A DNA stretch of 64,000 bases from Mobula hypostoma. Taxonomy: Eukaryota. Below the pieces are notes generated by a model. The model saw only the letters and a list, made by a program, of their open reading frames with translations, had not been told where the DNA came from and ran no database searches. Positions 38,806 through 50,734 of the stretch are shown here, piece by piece. The translations under genes and the position numbers were made by a program. Position 1 is the first letter of the stretch. Every line of letters begins with the position of its first letter. Location of the stretch: the NCBI RefSeq assembly GCF_963921235.1, contig NC_086108.1, positions 46,192,001 through 46,256,000 on the forward strand, written 5' to 3'.

Positions 38806-39560
38806 TTCAAAGTTCAAAGTACATTTACTATCAAAGTATGCGTGCAGTATACAATTCTGAGATCCGTTGTCGCCAGACAGTCATGAAACAAAGAAAACCA
38901 TGCAAGCAGTTCAAAGAGAAAAAATCAACACCCCACGTGCAAAAAAAATCGAGCAAATGGCAACAAGAACATCAAATCCTCACGCACAAAAAATAAATCA
39001 CGCAAACAGCAACAAAAACATCAACATCCCCCCCACATGCAAAAAAAGTCACGCAAATGGCAACAAGAAAGAAAGAATGAAAACACAGAATATCAAAACA
39101 TAAAATTGAAAGAGTCCAACTGAGCTGCAGTTCAATCCGTAAACTGCAGACCCGAAATTTCAGTACCATGCTCCGACAGCATCAAAGGAGAGAAAGAGAT
39201 AATTCCTCTGACAGCAGCCAGCAAGATGCTGGTGAATAACGCTGAACACTCACTTGACTTCCACACTTGCCTTAAAGTTTCAAACTTCCTTGACTCTTTA
39301 ATCAGTGAGAAATGGGGTCAATCATGGGCTCAAGCTCCACCTCTTGGCCTCGAGGTCACTCTCCTCCTGGAACTGTCTTGGAGACAGGAAAGCACCAGAT
39401 CACTGAATTGGCCCGAAAACACACCATCAAACTGTAGATCACAGTACCAGAAACACACCATTTAAAAGAAAAAGAATAAAAGAAGTGAAAGAAACGGTTT
39501 CATGGACTAACTGGAAGATGTTACCTGAGGCAGTGTTGTTCCCTGGCACCATTTTGACCC
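38806..39560 (-). mobile_element. Non-autonomous element with Rex1-like termini and internal ~45-bp tandem units
   Basis: (ctttgaa)n tail at the low end, caaaatggtgcc-type 5' motif at the high end, and three imperfect repeats (aacatcaa..cacgtgcaaaaaa..gcaaatggcaacaa). Confidence 0.6.
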
Positions 39561-39620
39561 AAAGATTAATTTATACTGCTGCACTTTACTGTACAATCCC
39601 TTTACTATGTACTTTGACTG

Positions 39621-40568
39621 TACACCCAGTGGCCACTTTATTAGGTACACCTGTACACCCGCTTGTTAATGCTAATATGTAATCAGCCAATCCTGTGGGA
39701 GAGCTTCAATGCATAAATGTCACAACCAAGGATTCGGCAATTGTACTCGTGAATATGCACATGTTATCTAATTATTATTTCATTGCGATAGTATTTAACT
39801 CCATTCATTCCGTCATAGTATTTGTTGAGACTTGGAACACAGCAAGGTTTCGCTGCCTGTTTGCATTCGGCCTTGCCTGGGAAATTGGACTGTCCAGTCA
39901 ACTGACTCTGAAGACTAGCGGTATTCGTTTTATATTTAGTTGTTCTTTTCAGCTGCAGTGTAGGCTTCGTTTTCCATTTGAGAGTTCTAGTTAATGGCCC
40001 TGTTTGGCCTAGCGTTTATTGTTTTCTTTTCCCTTTAACACTGTTCGCATTAAAGTCTGTGAACTATCAACCCGTGTCAGTGTCTCTCACTCCACACTTG
40101 GGCCATATCTACACCGTTGTGACAATAAAAGCACGCAGACATGGTCAAGAGGTTCAGTTGTTCAGACCAAAACATCAGCATGGCGAAGAAATGTGATCTA
40201 AGTGACTTTAACTGGAATGATTGTTGGTGTCAGACAGAGTGGTTTTAGTATCTCAGAAACTGCTGATCTATGGAATTTTCATGCATGACAGTCCCTGGAG
40301 TTTACAGAAAATTATGCAAAAAACATTAAAAAAAATTTCAGTGGAAGAGGAGGTCAAAGAATGGTCAGACTGGTTCAAGCAGACAGGAATGTGACAGTAA
40401 CTCAAAATGGCCACACATTACAACATTTGTATGCAGAAGAACATCTCTGAATGCACAACACATCAAACCTTGAAGTGGATGAGCGATGGCAGTAGAAGAA
40501 CACACCAGTTTCCACTCCTGTGGCCACTTTATTAGGCACTGGAGGCACCAAATGAAGTGGCCACTGAC
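39621..40568 (+). mobile_element. Tc1-derived MITE interrupted by a solo LTR
   Basis: TIRs cagtggccactttattagg / aatgaagtggccactga. Confidence 0.82.
39718..40124 (+). mobile_element. Solo LTR (407 bp)
   Basis: TGTCACAAC...GTTGTGACA termini, 5-bp TSD ATAAA on both sides, and ATTAAA near the 3' end. Confidence 0.88.
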
Positions 40569-40902
40569 TATATTTGTCAATATATTTTCATGCCCTCTTT
40601 TCTCAACTAATTTTCCTTTCCATACTCTTCCATATTGTCTGATATTCTAAGCTCTCAGTGTCTGACGCAAGTCCCTTTCTGCCATATCTTACCCCCAGGT
40701 TTCTGCATTTGGCAGTCCCATCTTTCTCCCTGTCCGAACATTTCTCTTTACTCCCTTGAAACTATTCAATATCACCCATTGCTCCAAGATTAAGATAAAT
40801 TTAATAATGAGATAGGAAGCCATTCAGTCCATCACATCCACAATGGCCTAATTAGGCTCATTGCTTTCTCCTTACTTCACCCTAATTCTGACATAAAATT
40901 CT

Positions 40903-41430
40903 GCATACAAAATGCTGGAGGAACTCAGAAGATCGGGCAATATCCATGGAGGAGAATAAACAGTCGACGCTTTGGGCTGAGATCAGGTCTCTCTAGGTCC
41001 ACAGTTTCTGCCTACTTCTTCCCCACTGAGCTCAATTCCATTTTGTCCCACTTGGGTCAGTCTCTTCCTAATAACATCTGTGACACTTCCTCATTCTCTC
41101 TATCACTTCTATAATTTTAAGTTCTTTGGCCCTGATCATCTTATTTTCACTATGGACATCATCCTGTATATGTCTATCCCTCATCAGGAAGGCCTCAAGA
41201 CTCTTCACTTCTTTCTGGGCCAAACAACCTAACCAGTTCCCCTCCATCACCGTCCTCTTATGTCTGGCAGAACTGATACATAGTCTAAAGAATTTCACTT
41301 CCAGCTCCTCCCATTGAGTCCTAATGAAAGGCCTGAAATGCCAGTTTATTCCCCTCCACAGGTGCTGTGTTCCTCCAGCATTTTGTATGTGTTATTCAAG
41401 ATTTCCAGCATCTGCAGAATCTCTTGCTTG
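40903..41430 (+). mobile_element. Miniature Penelope-like element with inverted termini
   Basis: RT fragment IFTMDI..SIPHQEGLKTLHFFL between oppositely oriented terminal motifs. Confidence 0.75.
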
Positions 41431-41797
41431 CTTCCTTCTACTCCATCATTTATTTTCTTGTGAGATCTGCCCCTTTGATTCTTTCTCGTCATTAACCTAT
41501 ATCACGGTGTAACTATACATTGTAAGATTGTAGAAGGAAAAGGCAACACCCAGATAAAAGCTACAGAGAATATACAAATTGTACCCAGTAAACACTTGGT
41601 GTCTGGACTGAACCTGTGTATCTGTTTCAAAACACTTCAGTTAAATAATATAATAAGGAAGGAGACCTTATTTTCATTTAGAACCTCTGATCCTAGGTTA
41701 TCTTTATCCTTATCAATACCTGAAACATTGGTGCAAGGTGTAAAATTTGTCAAACTACAGACGTGGGAGTCAGAATTGTGTAAATAGGGTGAAAGTG

Positions 41798-42336
41798 CAG
41801 ACTGTACAAAAGCCTTAGCAACATATATCTAGCTAGGGTGCTCAAGATTTTTGCACAGTACTATATTTGTCAATGTGGAGCAGAGAGTAAGTTTGTAAAA
41901 TTGGCAGGAGCAAAGGACATTGGGAATGGTGAGGGTGAGGTACTGCGGGAGAGGTGTGTGACAGGTGGCAGAGAAGGAGTGCCGGGAGGAGCCATGGGTG
42001 CAGACACATCCAGCCTTGAGACACCAAGCAAGGATATTTGATTCCAAACTATTGGTTTATTGATCACTACAGAACGTCTCTTTGATGCTTCCTTCTCTCT
42101 CCCCTCTCCCTTCCCTTTTTCCCCAGCCATGATCCCTCTCTCCCTGCCCCCTTCCTATTCTCAGTCTACAATAGAGAGCCATATCAGAATTAGGTCTATC
42201 ATCACTCACCTATGTCATGAAATTTGTTTTTTTTTTGCAGCAATACAGTGCAATACATAAAATTACTGCAATGCTATGCAAAAGTTTTAGGCACCCTAGG
42301 TATATATATGTGCTTTAAGACTTTTGTACAATACTG
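41798..42336. mobile_element. Non-autonomous DNA transposon with ~65-bp self-palindromic TIRs
   Basis: Left end cagactgtacaaaagccttag..gatttttgcacagtac; right end is the approximate reverse complement, followed by TA. Confidence 0.7.
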
Positions 42337-43029
42337 TATGTGACATATTCCTGATAAGAATATCAATTATTATCAGATTTTAGCCTTCAGAGGTGTCTTG
42401 GATCAATTAACAAAAATGTACAAGAACTACAAAATAAAAATTCTTTTTGTTGTACTTATGTCCTCATTAACTTTTTGACTAATGTGAATACTTAAGCCAC
42501 ATATGTACTGTATATTTTAGCATCAAGATCTCTTCATTAAAATATATTTCTTTCCAGTAATTCAGCGGCACCAGTAAATTACTTCCTGCTATTTCAGCTT
42601 TGCTGTCAGAAATACTGGAAACAATAGAATCACTGGAAACTTGAGAACTGCTCATTTACGAGAAGGCTGAATTCAAAGGATGGGACTTTTCACCTCCAGC
42701 CACACCAATCCCGGAGACGCCAGTGTTACTTACATTTTAATTTTTTTCAAATCTCAAATAGCAATTTTAAAATATCAATATTAACTATGTAGTAAAGTTG
42801 TAGTATTAATTATTCCTGTATTATTAAATAGTGCAATGATAATTTTAGTCAATATTGTTAAAAATGAAAATTAAATATTGCCTTTGGCATGACAGTATTA
42901 AATACACATCAGGACTAAAATTCCTTTGACAAATTAATCTATCAAATATTCAATAGAAACGCCAAAACACCATGACCAGGGAGTTCTACCACCCACCTCA
43001 ATAAACTCTAATATATCAGAACCCAGTCA

Positions 43030-44600
43030 CTGTTGCAGACTTCAGATTAGTTTTCCAGTCCTTGAACCATGGAGAGTATCTGGCCCAGATGGTGACCCTG
43101 GCTGAGTCTTAGGTCCTGCACATACCAGCTGCCAGACGTATTTGCAGACATTTTAAAACTCTTTCTATTTCAATATGCGGTTTCCACCTGCATTAAGAGG
43201 ACTACTATCATGCTGGCACCTAAGAAAAACAAGGCAATGTGCCTGAATGACTACTGCCCAGTGGCTCTAATATACACCAGCATAAAGAGCTTTATGAAAC
43301 TGGTCATGGCACACATCCACTCCAGCCTTAATTCACTGAAACAGGTCCACAAAGGTTTCCATCTCCCTGGCCCTACATTTCTGGAGCATCTGGACAGTAA
43401 GGATGCCTATAATAAACTATTATCTATTGACCACTGCTCTGCCTTCAATACTATAATTCCAAGCAAACTCATCTCTAACCTCCTAGACCAGGGACTCAAT
43501 GCCTTCCTTTGCAATTGGGTCCTTATCTTCCTGACCAAACCAGACTGTAATCAGTAAGGACAGACAGCAATACCTGTACTAAAATTATCCTCAACACTAA
43601 TGAGTCACAAGGGGGTGTCCTCAGCCTCCTACTTTACTCCCAATACACTCATTAATTCATGGCCAGGTTCTGCTCCAGCTCCATCTAGAAATCTGCAGAT
43701 AGCATCATCTTAGTGGGCTGAATCTCAAATAATGAGGAGTTGGAGTACAAAAAGAGTCCAGTGACACGGTGTCATCACAATAAAAGATGTGGTCACTGAA
43801 TTCAGAAAGAGGGGCAGTGCACAGACTCCTGTTTACATCAACGGTGCTAAGGTCAGGAGGGTTGAAAGATTCAAGTTCCTAGGAGTGGATATTGCCTATA
43901 GCCTGTCCTAGTCTAACCATGTAGGTGCCACCTCCAAGAAAGCTCACCAGTGGCGTACTTCTTCAAGAGGCTGAAGAAATTTGGCACGTCTCCTTTGACT
44001 CTAACCAATTTTTATCAATGCAGCAGAAAGCATCCTAATCGAATGAATCACAGTTTGGTTTGGTAGTTACTCTGTTGGGACCACAAGAAAATGCAGAGTT
44101 GTGGACAGCATCATCACGTCATAGAAAGCAGCTTCCCCTCCATGGACACTGTCTATACTTCTTGCTGCCTTGATAAAGCAGCCAACAAAATCAAATAATT
44201 CATCCAGCCCAGACATCCTCTCTTCTTCTCTCTCCCATCCTACAGGTGATACAAAAGCCTGAAAGCATATGGAACCAGGATGAAGGGCAGCTTCTGTCCT
44301 ACTGTTGTAAGACGATTGAACAGTCCCCTAGTACAATAATATGGACTCTTGACCTCACAATCTACCTTGCACCTCCACTGAACTTCTCTGTAACTGTAAC
44401 ATCTCATCAGTATTTCAAGCATCTGCAGACTTACTCATGTTTATAATTTGTAACATGTTATTGCTTTTTCCTTTGTATTACCTTAATGTACTTAGACTTT
44501 GAAAATATCTGTATGGATGGCTTGCAAAACAAAGTTTTTTTACTGCATCTTGGTACATCTGACAACAATATGCATACCAATTACCAATACCAAATAAAAC
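43030..44600 (+). mobile_element. Old Rex1-type LINE
   Basis: CLNDYCPVAL, IDHCSAFNTIIPSKL and LCNWVLIFLT. Confidence 0.85.
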
Positions 44601-45917
44601 TTGACAGCTGGTGTGCTAGCCACACTCAAGAATTTTATTTCACCACCTCACCACACCGTGGCAGCTGGATGTTCATTTATTCCCTTTGATCCATAGGAAG
44701 CTGCCATTCCTGAGACTTTGGTGATGTTTCATGATGCTTTCTTCCAACTCTTCAAGCACTGTAACATTAACTGCCTTGCTGATATGCCTGTTAAATCGAG
44801 AAAATAACTCTCTAGAAATGACACATTTGGTCATTTTCATGGCTCATACAGGGTCCATTTTCAATGTCATAATTTCAACAACTATAAAAATGAAAGTGGT
44901 TCTCTAGTGAAAACAAATTTGTTAAAATGTATTGTATAAAAGGGTCTTTCCAAAAGTAATGCAAAGAATTATCTTTCACATCTTATTTAAGTAAACACAC
45001 CACTAATAACAAGGAACTATATTTTCACCACTCACAATGAATGAGGCATGACTCAAAACGTAGACCCACAATAGGAAATACGTTTTCATCACCTTGAATA
45101 CAATTAACTCCGATTTCCTGTTTTTGTGCAGCTTAGAGGGTGAAAGCAAAGTTGGGCACCAAAAAAAAAGTGTCAATTGTATAACTATTGTTATATAATC
45201 AATCCCTGTAGATACTGTGAAACTGTTGGAGTCGATATGAGCAGTAAATGGACAGAAGTGTATGTGCAAACATATCAGGAAACCAAATAATCCAAAACTG
45301 AACTGATTAGGAAATCATAATTCAAATGTCAGGGATGGTCCATCATCTGCCTTGAATGGATGTTCACATCTGCCAATCATGTTCTTAGAGGGGCTAATAT
45401 TAGCAATCTTTTCAACCCAATAGCATATCTCTTTAACAAACCATAGCTACCAGAAGTCCTTTTCAAGTGGCCAGTGTTTTTTTCTTTATAATTTTCCATA
45501 CAATATAGGTTGACGTTATCTAAAATGCATGGGCGAATTGCTGCCATTGATGAGTGAATAACTCTTGCCTCTGAGCTGCATAGTAATTTGCCTTTAGTCA
45601 TATCTGCATAGACAGTATAGTCACTGTATAGCTGTGTGCTTGCACATGGAATGGCCCTCTGGAGTAAGAAGTGTATTAGGGATAGTGGGCACAGAACAGG
45701 ATGAAGAATGGGTTTACAGAAGTGTGCTGAGTGTCAGTATCCGTTGGCGAATGTGTTATTGGTTTCTTGCCTTTGGACCAAGACCCTTGTCAATTCCATG
45801 AATTAGTTGAGCAATACACACATAATGCTGGAGGAACTCAGCAGGTTGGGCACATCCATCTTATGAGTTAGTTGGTGTGCAGCAGCCACCCAGCATAAGA
45901 AGAAATCTTGGGCGTTA

Positions 45918-46483
45918 TAGAAACATAGAAACATAGAAAATAGGTGCAGGAGTAGGCCCTTCAGCCCTTCGAGCCTGCACCGCCATTTATTATGATCATG
46001 GCTGATCATCCAACTCAGAACCCCGCCCCAGCCTTCCCTCCATACCCCCTGATCCCCGTAGCCACAAGGGCCATATCTAACTCCCTCTTAAATATAGCCA
46101 ATGAACTGGCCTCCAGTTTCCTGTGGTAGAGAATTCCACAGATTCACCACTCTCTGTGTGAAGAAGTTTTTCCTAATCTCGGTCCTAAAAAGCTTCCCCT
46201 CTATCCTCAAATTGTGGCCCCTCGTTCTGGACTTCCCCAACATCGGGAACAATCTTCCTGCATCTAGCCTGTCCAATCCCTTTAGGATCTTATACGTTTC
46301 AATCAGATCCCCCCTCAATCTTCTAAATTCCAACGAGTACAAGCCCAATTCACCCAGTCTTCCTTCATATAAAAGTCCCGCCATCCCAGGAATCAATCTG
46401 GTGAACCTTCTTTGTACTCCCTCTATGGCAAAGATGTCTTTCCTCAGATTAGGGGACCAAAACTGCACACAATACTCCAGGTG
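45918..46483 (-). mobile_element. Young CR1 3' fragment
   Basis: QFWSPNLRKD..VQRRFTRLIPG..FTQRVVNLWNSLP and (tttctatg)n tail. Confidence 0.92.
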
Positions 46484-46859
46484 TTATGTCCACTTTCTAA
46501 AACTAAAGTGATATTATGTTACCGAGGGACAGGTCCTGACGAGGAACCCGATCATCCTCCCAGCATTCCACACCCATCCCTTTTACAACCTTGCTGAAGT
46601 TCTGCATGAAGAGATCTGTCTGGATGGCATACAAACAAAAACTTTTCACTGTACCTCAGAGCACATAACAAAAATAAACCAATACCAATGCCATTGATCT
46701 GCCTACTCGCTCCACCATTTTCCAAGCGCAAAACCCCATTACAAACTGATCACCTCTTCACGTACCCTTCAACCTTCCCTACCTCCTCTCCAACACCCTG
46801 ACTTACCATATTCCATCCCTTCTCCACCGCCAAATCCTCCTCTGCACACCATCAATGAT

Positions 46860-47423
46860 ATTGTATCTGTTAAATAGGGACCATGGACAATTCTGATTTG
46901 ATGGAGAATGGACGTGAAAGTATAGAGGAACATCTGGAGAAATTTCTGAAACACCCGTTCGCTGCTGTCGTTACTGCGTGGTCGTGAATCTTTCGGAGGG
47001 TAGGCCTCAAATTCCCCGGCCTTGCCTGCTGGTGGCGACCAAGGTTGAGGTCGGATCATTCGGACAGAGATGGCGCTCAGTACTCGGTGTGGGAGAGCTG
47101 ATCAGAGCTCGAAGTTTTCGTATGACTCAGAGTCGGACAGTGGTCGGCATGGCAGGGAGAATTCTTCCTTCTCCCGTCTGAGTGAGATGTGGGACATTTG
47201 AGAGACTTTGAATTTTACTGTGCTCATGGACTTCTGCATCAAGTTATGGTATTGTTGCACTGTTGTTAACTATATGTTATAATTATGTGGTTTTGTCAGT
47301 TTTTTCAGTCTTGGTCTGTCCTGTGTTTTGTGATATCACACCGGAGGAAATATTGTATCATTTCTTAATGCATGCATTACTAAACGGCAATAAAAGAGGA
47401 CTACGTGTCTTCATAATCTAATC
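46860..47423 (+). mobile_element. CpG-rich non-coding element with LINE-like 3' end (probable non-autonomous retroelement)
   Basis: GC/CpG-rich body, T-rich 3' region, aataaa, and (aatct)n tail. Confidence 0.55.
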
Positions 47424-48857
47424 AACTATATCCCTTTCTAGAGATTATCTACTCCCATCTTCACTGTTTCTCTGCATCTCCCCTTTCCTCTATCATTGCC
47501 CTATTTTGCCCCATTTCTCTGAAACCCACTCCACATGGTTCTCCTCCCATTACTCCTTCCTCCATCTAATCTTCTCCATCGTCAGCCTGTTCAATGCATT
47601 TCAATGCCTCTTGATTTGTCTTCTCCTTTATTCCCTTGAAGATTGGCTCATTTCATAAAGAGTAGGTCTAGTAAGTCTAAAACATGCACTTAAACTTCCA
47701 TAATTAAACACAAGGGGGCATTCACAGACAGCCAGCAGCAGAACTGTTCTTCATGTGGGTTTTGTTCCGTTAACAGGAAAGTGCTCATTTGGTATTCATT
47801 CAAATACTGCAGTACAATATGTGAGGAGTTGATATTAAAACATCTGCCAAACTGATTAACTACACAAATTTCTGGAAACTACCGGCTGTAAAAATGCTTT
47901 TTGAATAAAATTTCCCTATCGGTTTCTTCATAAGTAGTATTTTTTTCCTTCTGTATTACCAGAATCTATCAAAAGACTGTTGCAAACTATCTAATTGAAG
48001 GGAAGTGAACGTTTCCACTGGCTGTTACATTGTGAATACTGCAATATTTTGATCATTTTTTTGAAGACAGATGTTAGTTTTACAATTATGGTTTTAATAG
48101 AGCTTCTGAGGTCAAACAATACTATATTTGAACTGAATTCAAACAGCAGCAGTTTAACCTCACTAAATGCATTCTAAGCATTGGATTTCTCTTTCAAGAT
48201 GTTTTGCCTTCAAAAACTGCAGAAGTGTTATCATAAATGAAAATACATAGCTCACCTTACTGTTACCATTTCAGTTGCACTCACCGTTAGAAAAGTTTTG
48301 TTATTATTCAAGCTGTTGTGGTGTTTTAACGTTTACCAGATGAGCTGTGCTAGTGGCTCTTCAGTCTACAAAGCCTCCAAAATGTGTGGAAGTGTTTGTT
48401 TGTTCTCAGGACATGTGCAACACTGGCAAAACCTGCACCTCATTCCTATCTCCAATTACTTTTAAGAAGCTGGTGATTCACTTGGCAAAGGTGTTCCATC
48501 AGTGTCGTTCAATAATTTTAGTCCAGCAACTATGACTTAATTGTAGGTCAGTATGCTACATGGAGGGAGACTAAGCTGTCATGTTCCTGGTGATCTGCTG
48601 TCCTTGTTCGTACAATGTACCTTTCAATGTGGCATTCCCGTGACCTTCTCCTATTGTTGGCTGTTTAATTGTTCACTACCACTAACAAGTGGATGTAGGT
48701 AGGATTGCAAATTTGTGCTGACCTATTGCTTATAAGGTTGCTTAGCTGCCTACAATATATTACCACAAAAGTTAAGCATTAATACATAGCTTTTTTATGC
48801 TGGCACCATATTTCTTATTCCACCTGATACTACTCCCAGCATGCCCTCACGGCCATA

Positions 48858-49170
48858 GAGACATACAGCACAGAAACAGGCCCTAGGGTCTATTGAATCC
48901 ATGGCAAACATTGAGCACCAAGCAACAATCTAACCCCAATTTTATTCTTCCCACGTTCCTATCAATTCTTTCTAGATCCTACCATTCATGTAAACCCCAG
49001 TGGTGATTAAACATCCAACCAGGATATTATAGATGTGGGAAGAAATCAGAGGAAACTCACTTGGTGACTGGGAGAACCTGCAAACTCCACACAGGCAATG
49101 CCAAAGGCCAGGATGGAACCTAGGTCGCTGTAGCTGTGAAGCAGCACTGCTGCTAACTGTGCCACAGTGC
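48858..49170 (-). mobile_element. V-SINE-like SINE
   Basis: gaggaaactcac..gggagaacctgcaaactccacacag core, a tRNA-like head remnant at the high end and a CR1-like tail at the low end. Confidence 0.68.
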
Positions 49171-50641
49171 TATCCAATAATCAGGTTTGGCCTCTAGTGT
49201 AAATAGTCAGATCAGAGTGAACAACATGCTTGGTAATGAGCTTTCAAATTATAGTAGAAAACATACTGAAACTTTTGGCATCCCATGGTTGCTCAATTTT
49301 GAACTATTAAATCATTTCCATATCTATCCCCATTAATGTGGTGGTTGTATCTTGCACAATAGATTCGAAGATATTTTTAATGTGAAGACATTTTTATTAT
49401 TAGAATCTTTCTACAGTCATTTCATTCAATACCATTATGAACAGAGGCCTTGGAATCAGATTAGATGGAACAAAGTTGACCCACTCATGTTGTTTCTTTC
49501 ACAACTTCCAGCAGATCTATTCCTCAGGATACACACAGCTAAGTACTTGGGAATTCTGTGTGATGGCTGATGAATCCCCAAATCAGACTATATTCCAGCC
49601 CTTGCTATTCTCACTGCTCCCGACACTGTTCAAAAGAGACAGAGATACTGATTCATTGGCTAACAGAGCACAGTAGGTTGATTCAGTAGTATGTTTCTAT
49701 GACTATGCTGGACGATGCCATGAGTCCAGTAAATAATTAGGATTTGGTTCCATTCGCTCAACTACATACTATTGTGCCACTATGTTGGCTACATCAGTCC
49801 TGCCAGTAGAACAAAGTGTTTCTGGAGATAGTGATGGAGGAATTGGGACAATGAACAATATTGTGATATAGTTGCTTGACTACCCCATGAGATAGTTCCT
49901 ATAGTATTAACATATCCTCAGATGTTAGAGAGGAGCTGTTTGAAGATTCAGCTTGGCTGTGCATCCCTTTGTTGTGCCTGTGAGTCATGATTCCATTTTC
50001 AATAATTTCCTCTATTTTAATGGCTGGTACAATTGACAATGGCTCAATAATCACATTATTGTGAATCTGATGTCATGCATTTTTTTCTTAAGCTCATTAG
50101 TTTTTATATCCTAGTAATTATTAGATTACCATAGTCATCATATTATGATTAAATAATTTTAATTTGAAATGTGTTTAATGAACTGAACTTAAATGTCTCA
50201 GCCACTCCACTATTCAACAATTCCCTGAGCTTTGTAATTTCAGTGGAGCACCTTGATACAAATATTTCACCTAATTAAATACAAACATATGAAGAGCACA
50301 AGCAGGAATCCATACCTGTGACAAACACTAGCATTACACATTGCCTCAACCAGAAAAGATTATAAGGCTTATGATCAATTATTTCATAGCCATGTTGAAC
50401 TTAATGACATTCCCATACAAATATATTTGAGAAAAAAATTCACAAGATATCATTTATGAGGTAAAGAAACTCAAAGTGTATTATACTCTTTCTGCTGAAT
50501 GCCAATGTGTACAAAGTCTCTTAGCACCATCACAGCTCAATCAAATTCTATAAATAAATTGAACTCGTCAAGAAACAGAAACTACTTGAACAAGGTTTTA
50601 CATTGATCTTGATGGAGAATAATGCAAGAGATTCTTCTTTT

Positions 50642-50734
50642 TTATTTGGTATCATCTGACCAAGTAACTTCATAGTTCTTGTACACACTCTTCAACTTTT
50701 CCACAGAAACAGAGTGATCTGCTTTCCCAAAACC
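50642..50734 (-). CDS. PHPT1-like: 14 kDa phosphohistidine phosphatase-like (Janus/Ocnus family), last coding exon
   Basis: Acceptor ccccctctctttcag, then [30 protein letters not shown] (93 nt). Aligns by eye with the human PHPT1 C-terminus [30 protein letters not shown]. Phase 0 matches the upstream exon. Confidence 0.95.
   Translation of the reverse strand, partial: GFGKADHSVSVEKLKSVYKNYEVTWSDDTK

Noticed and set aside
38920..39070. Regularly spaced repeats as a CRISPR-like array
   Set aside because: Imperfect tandem units without unique spacers, in eukaryotic TE context.
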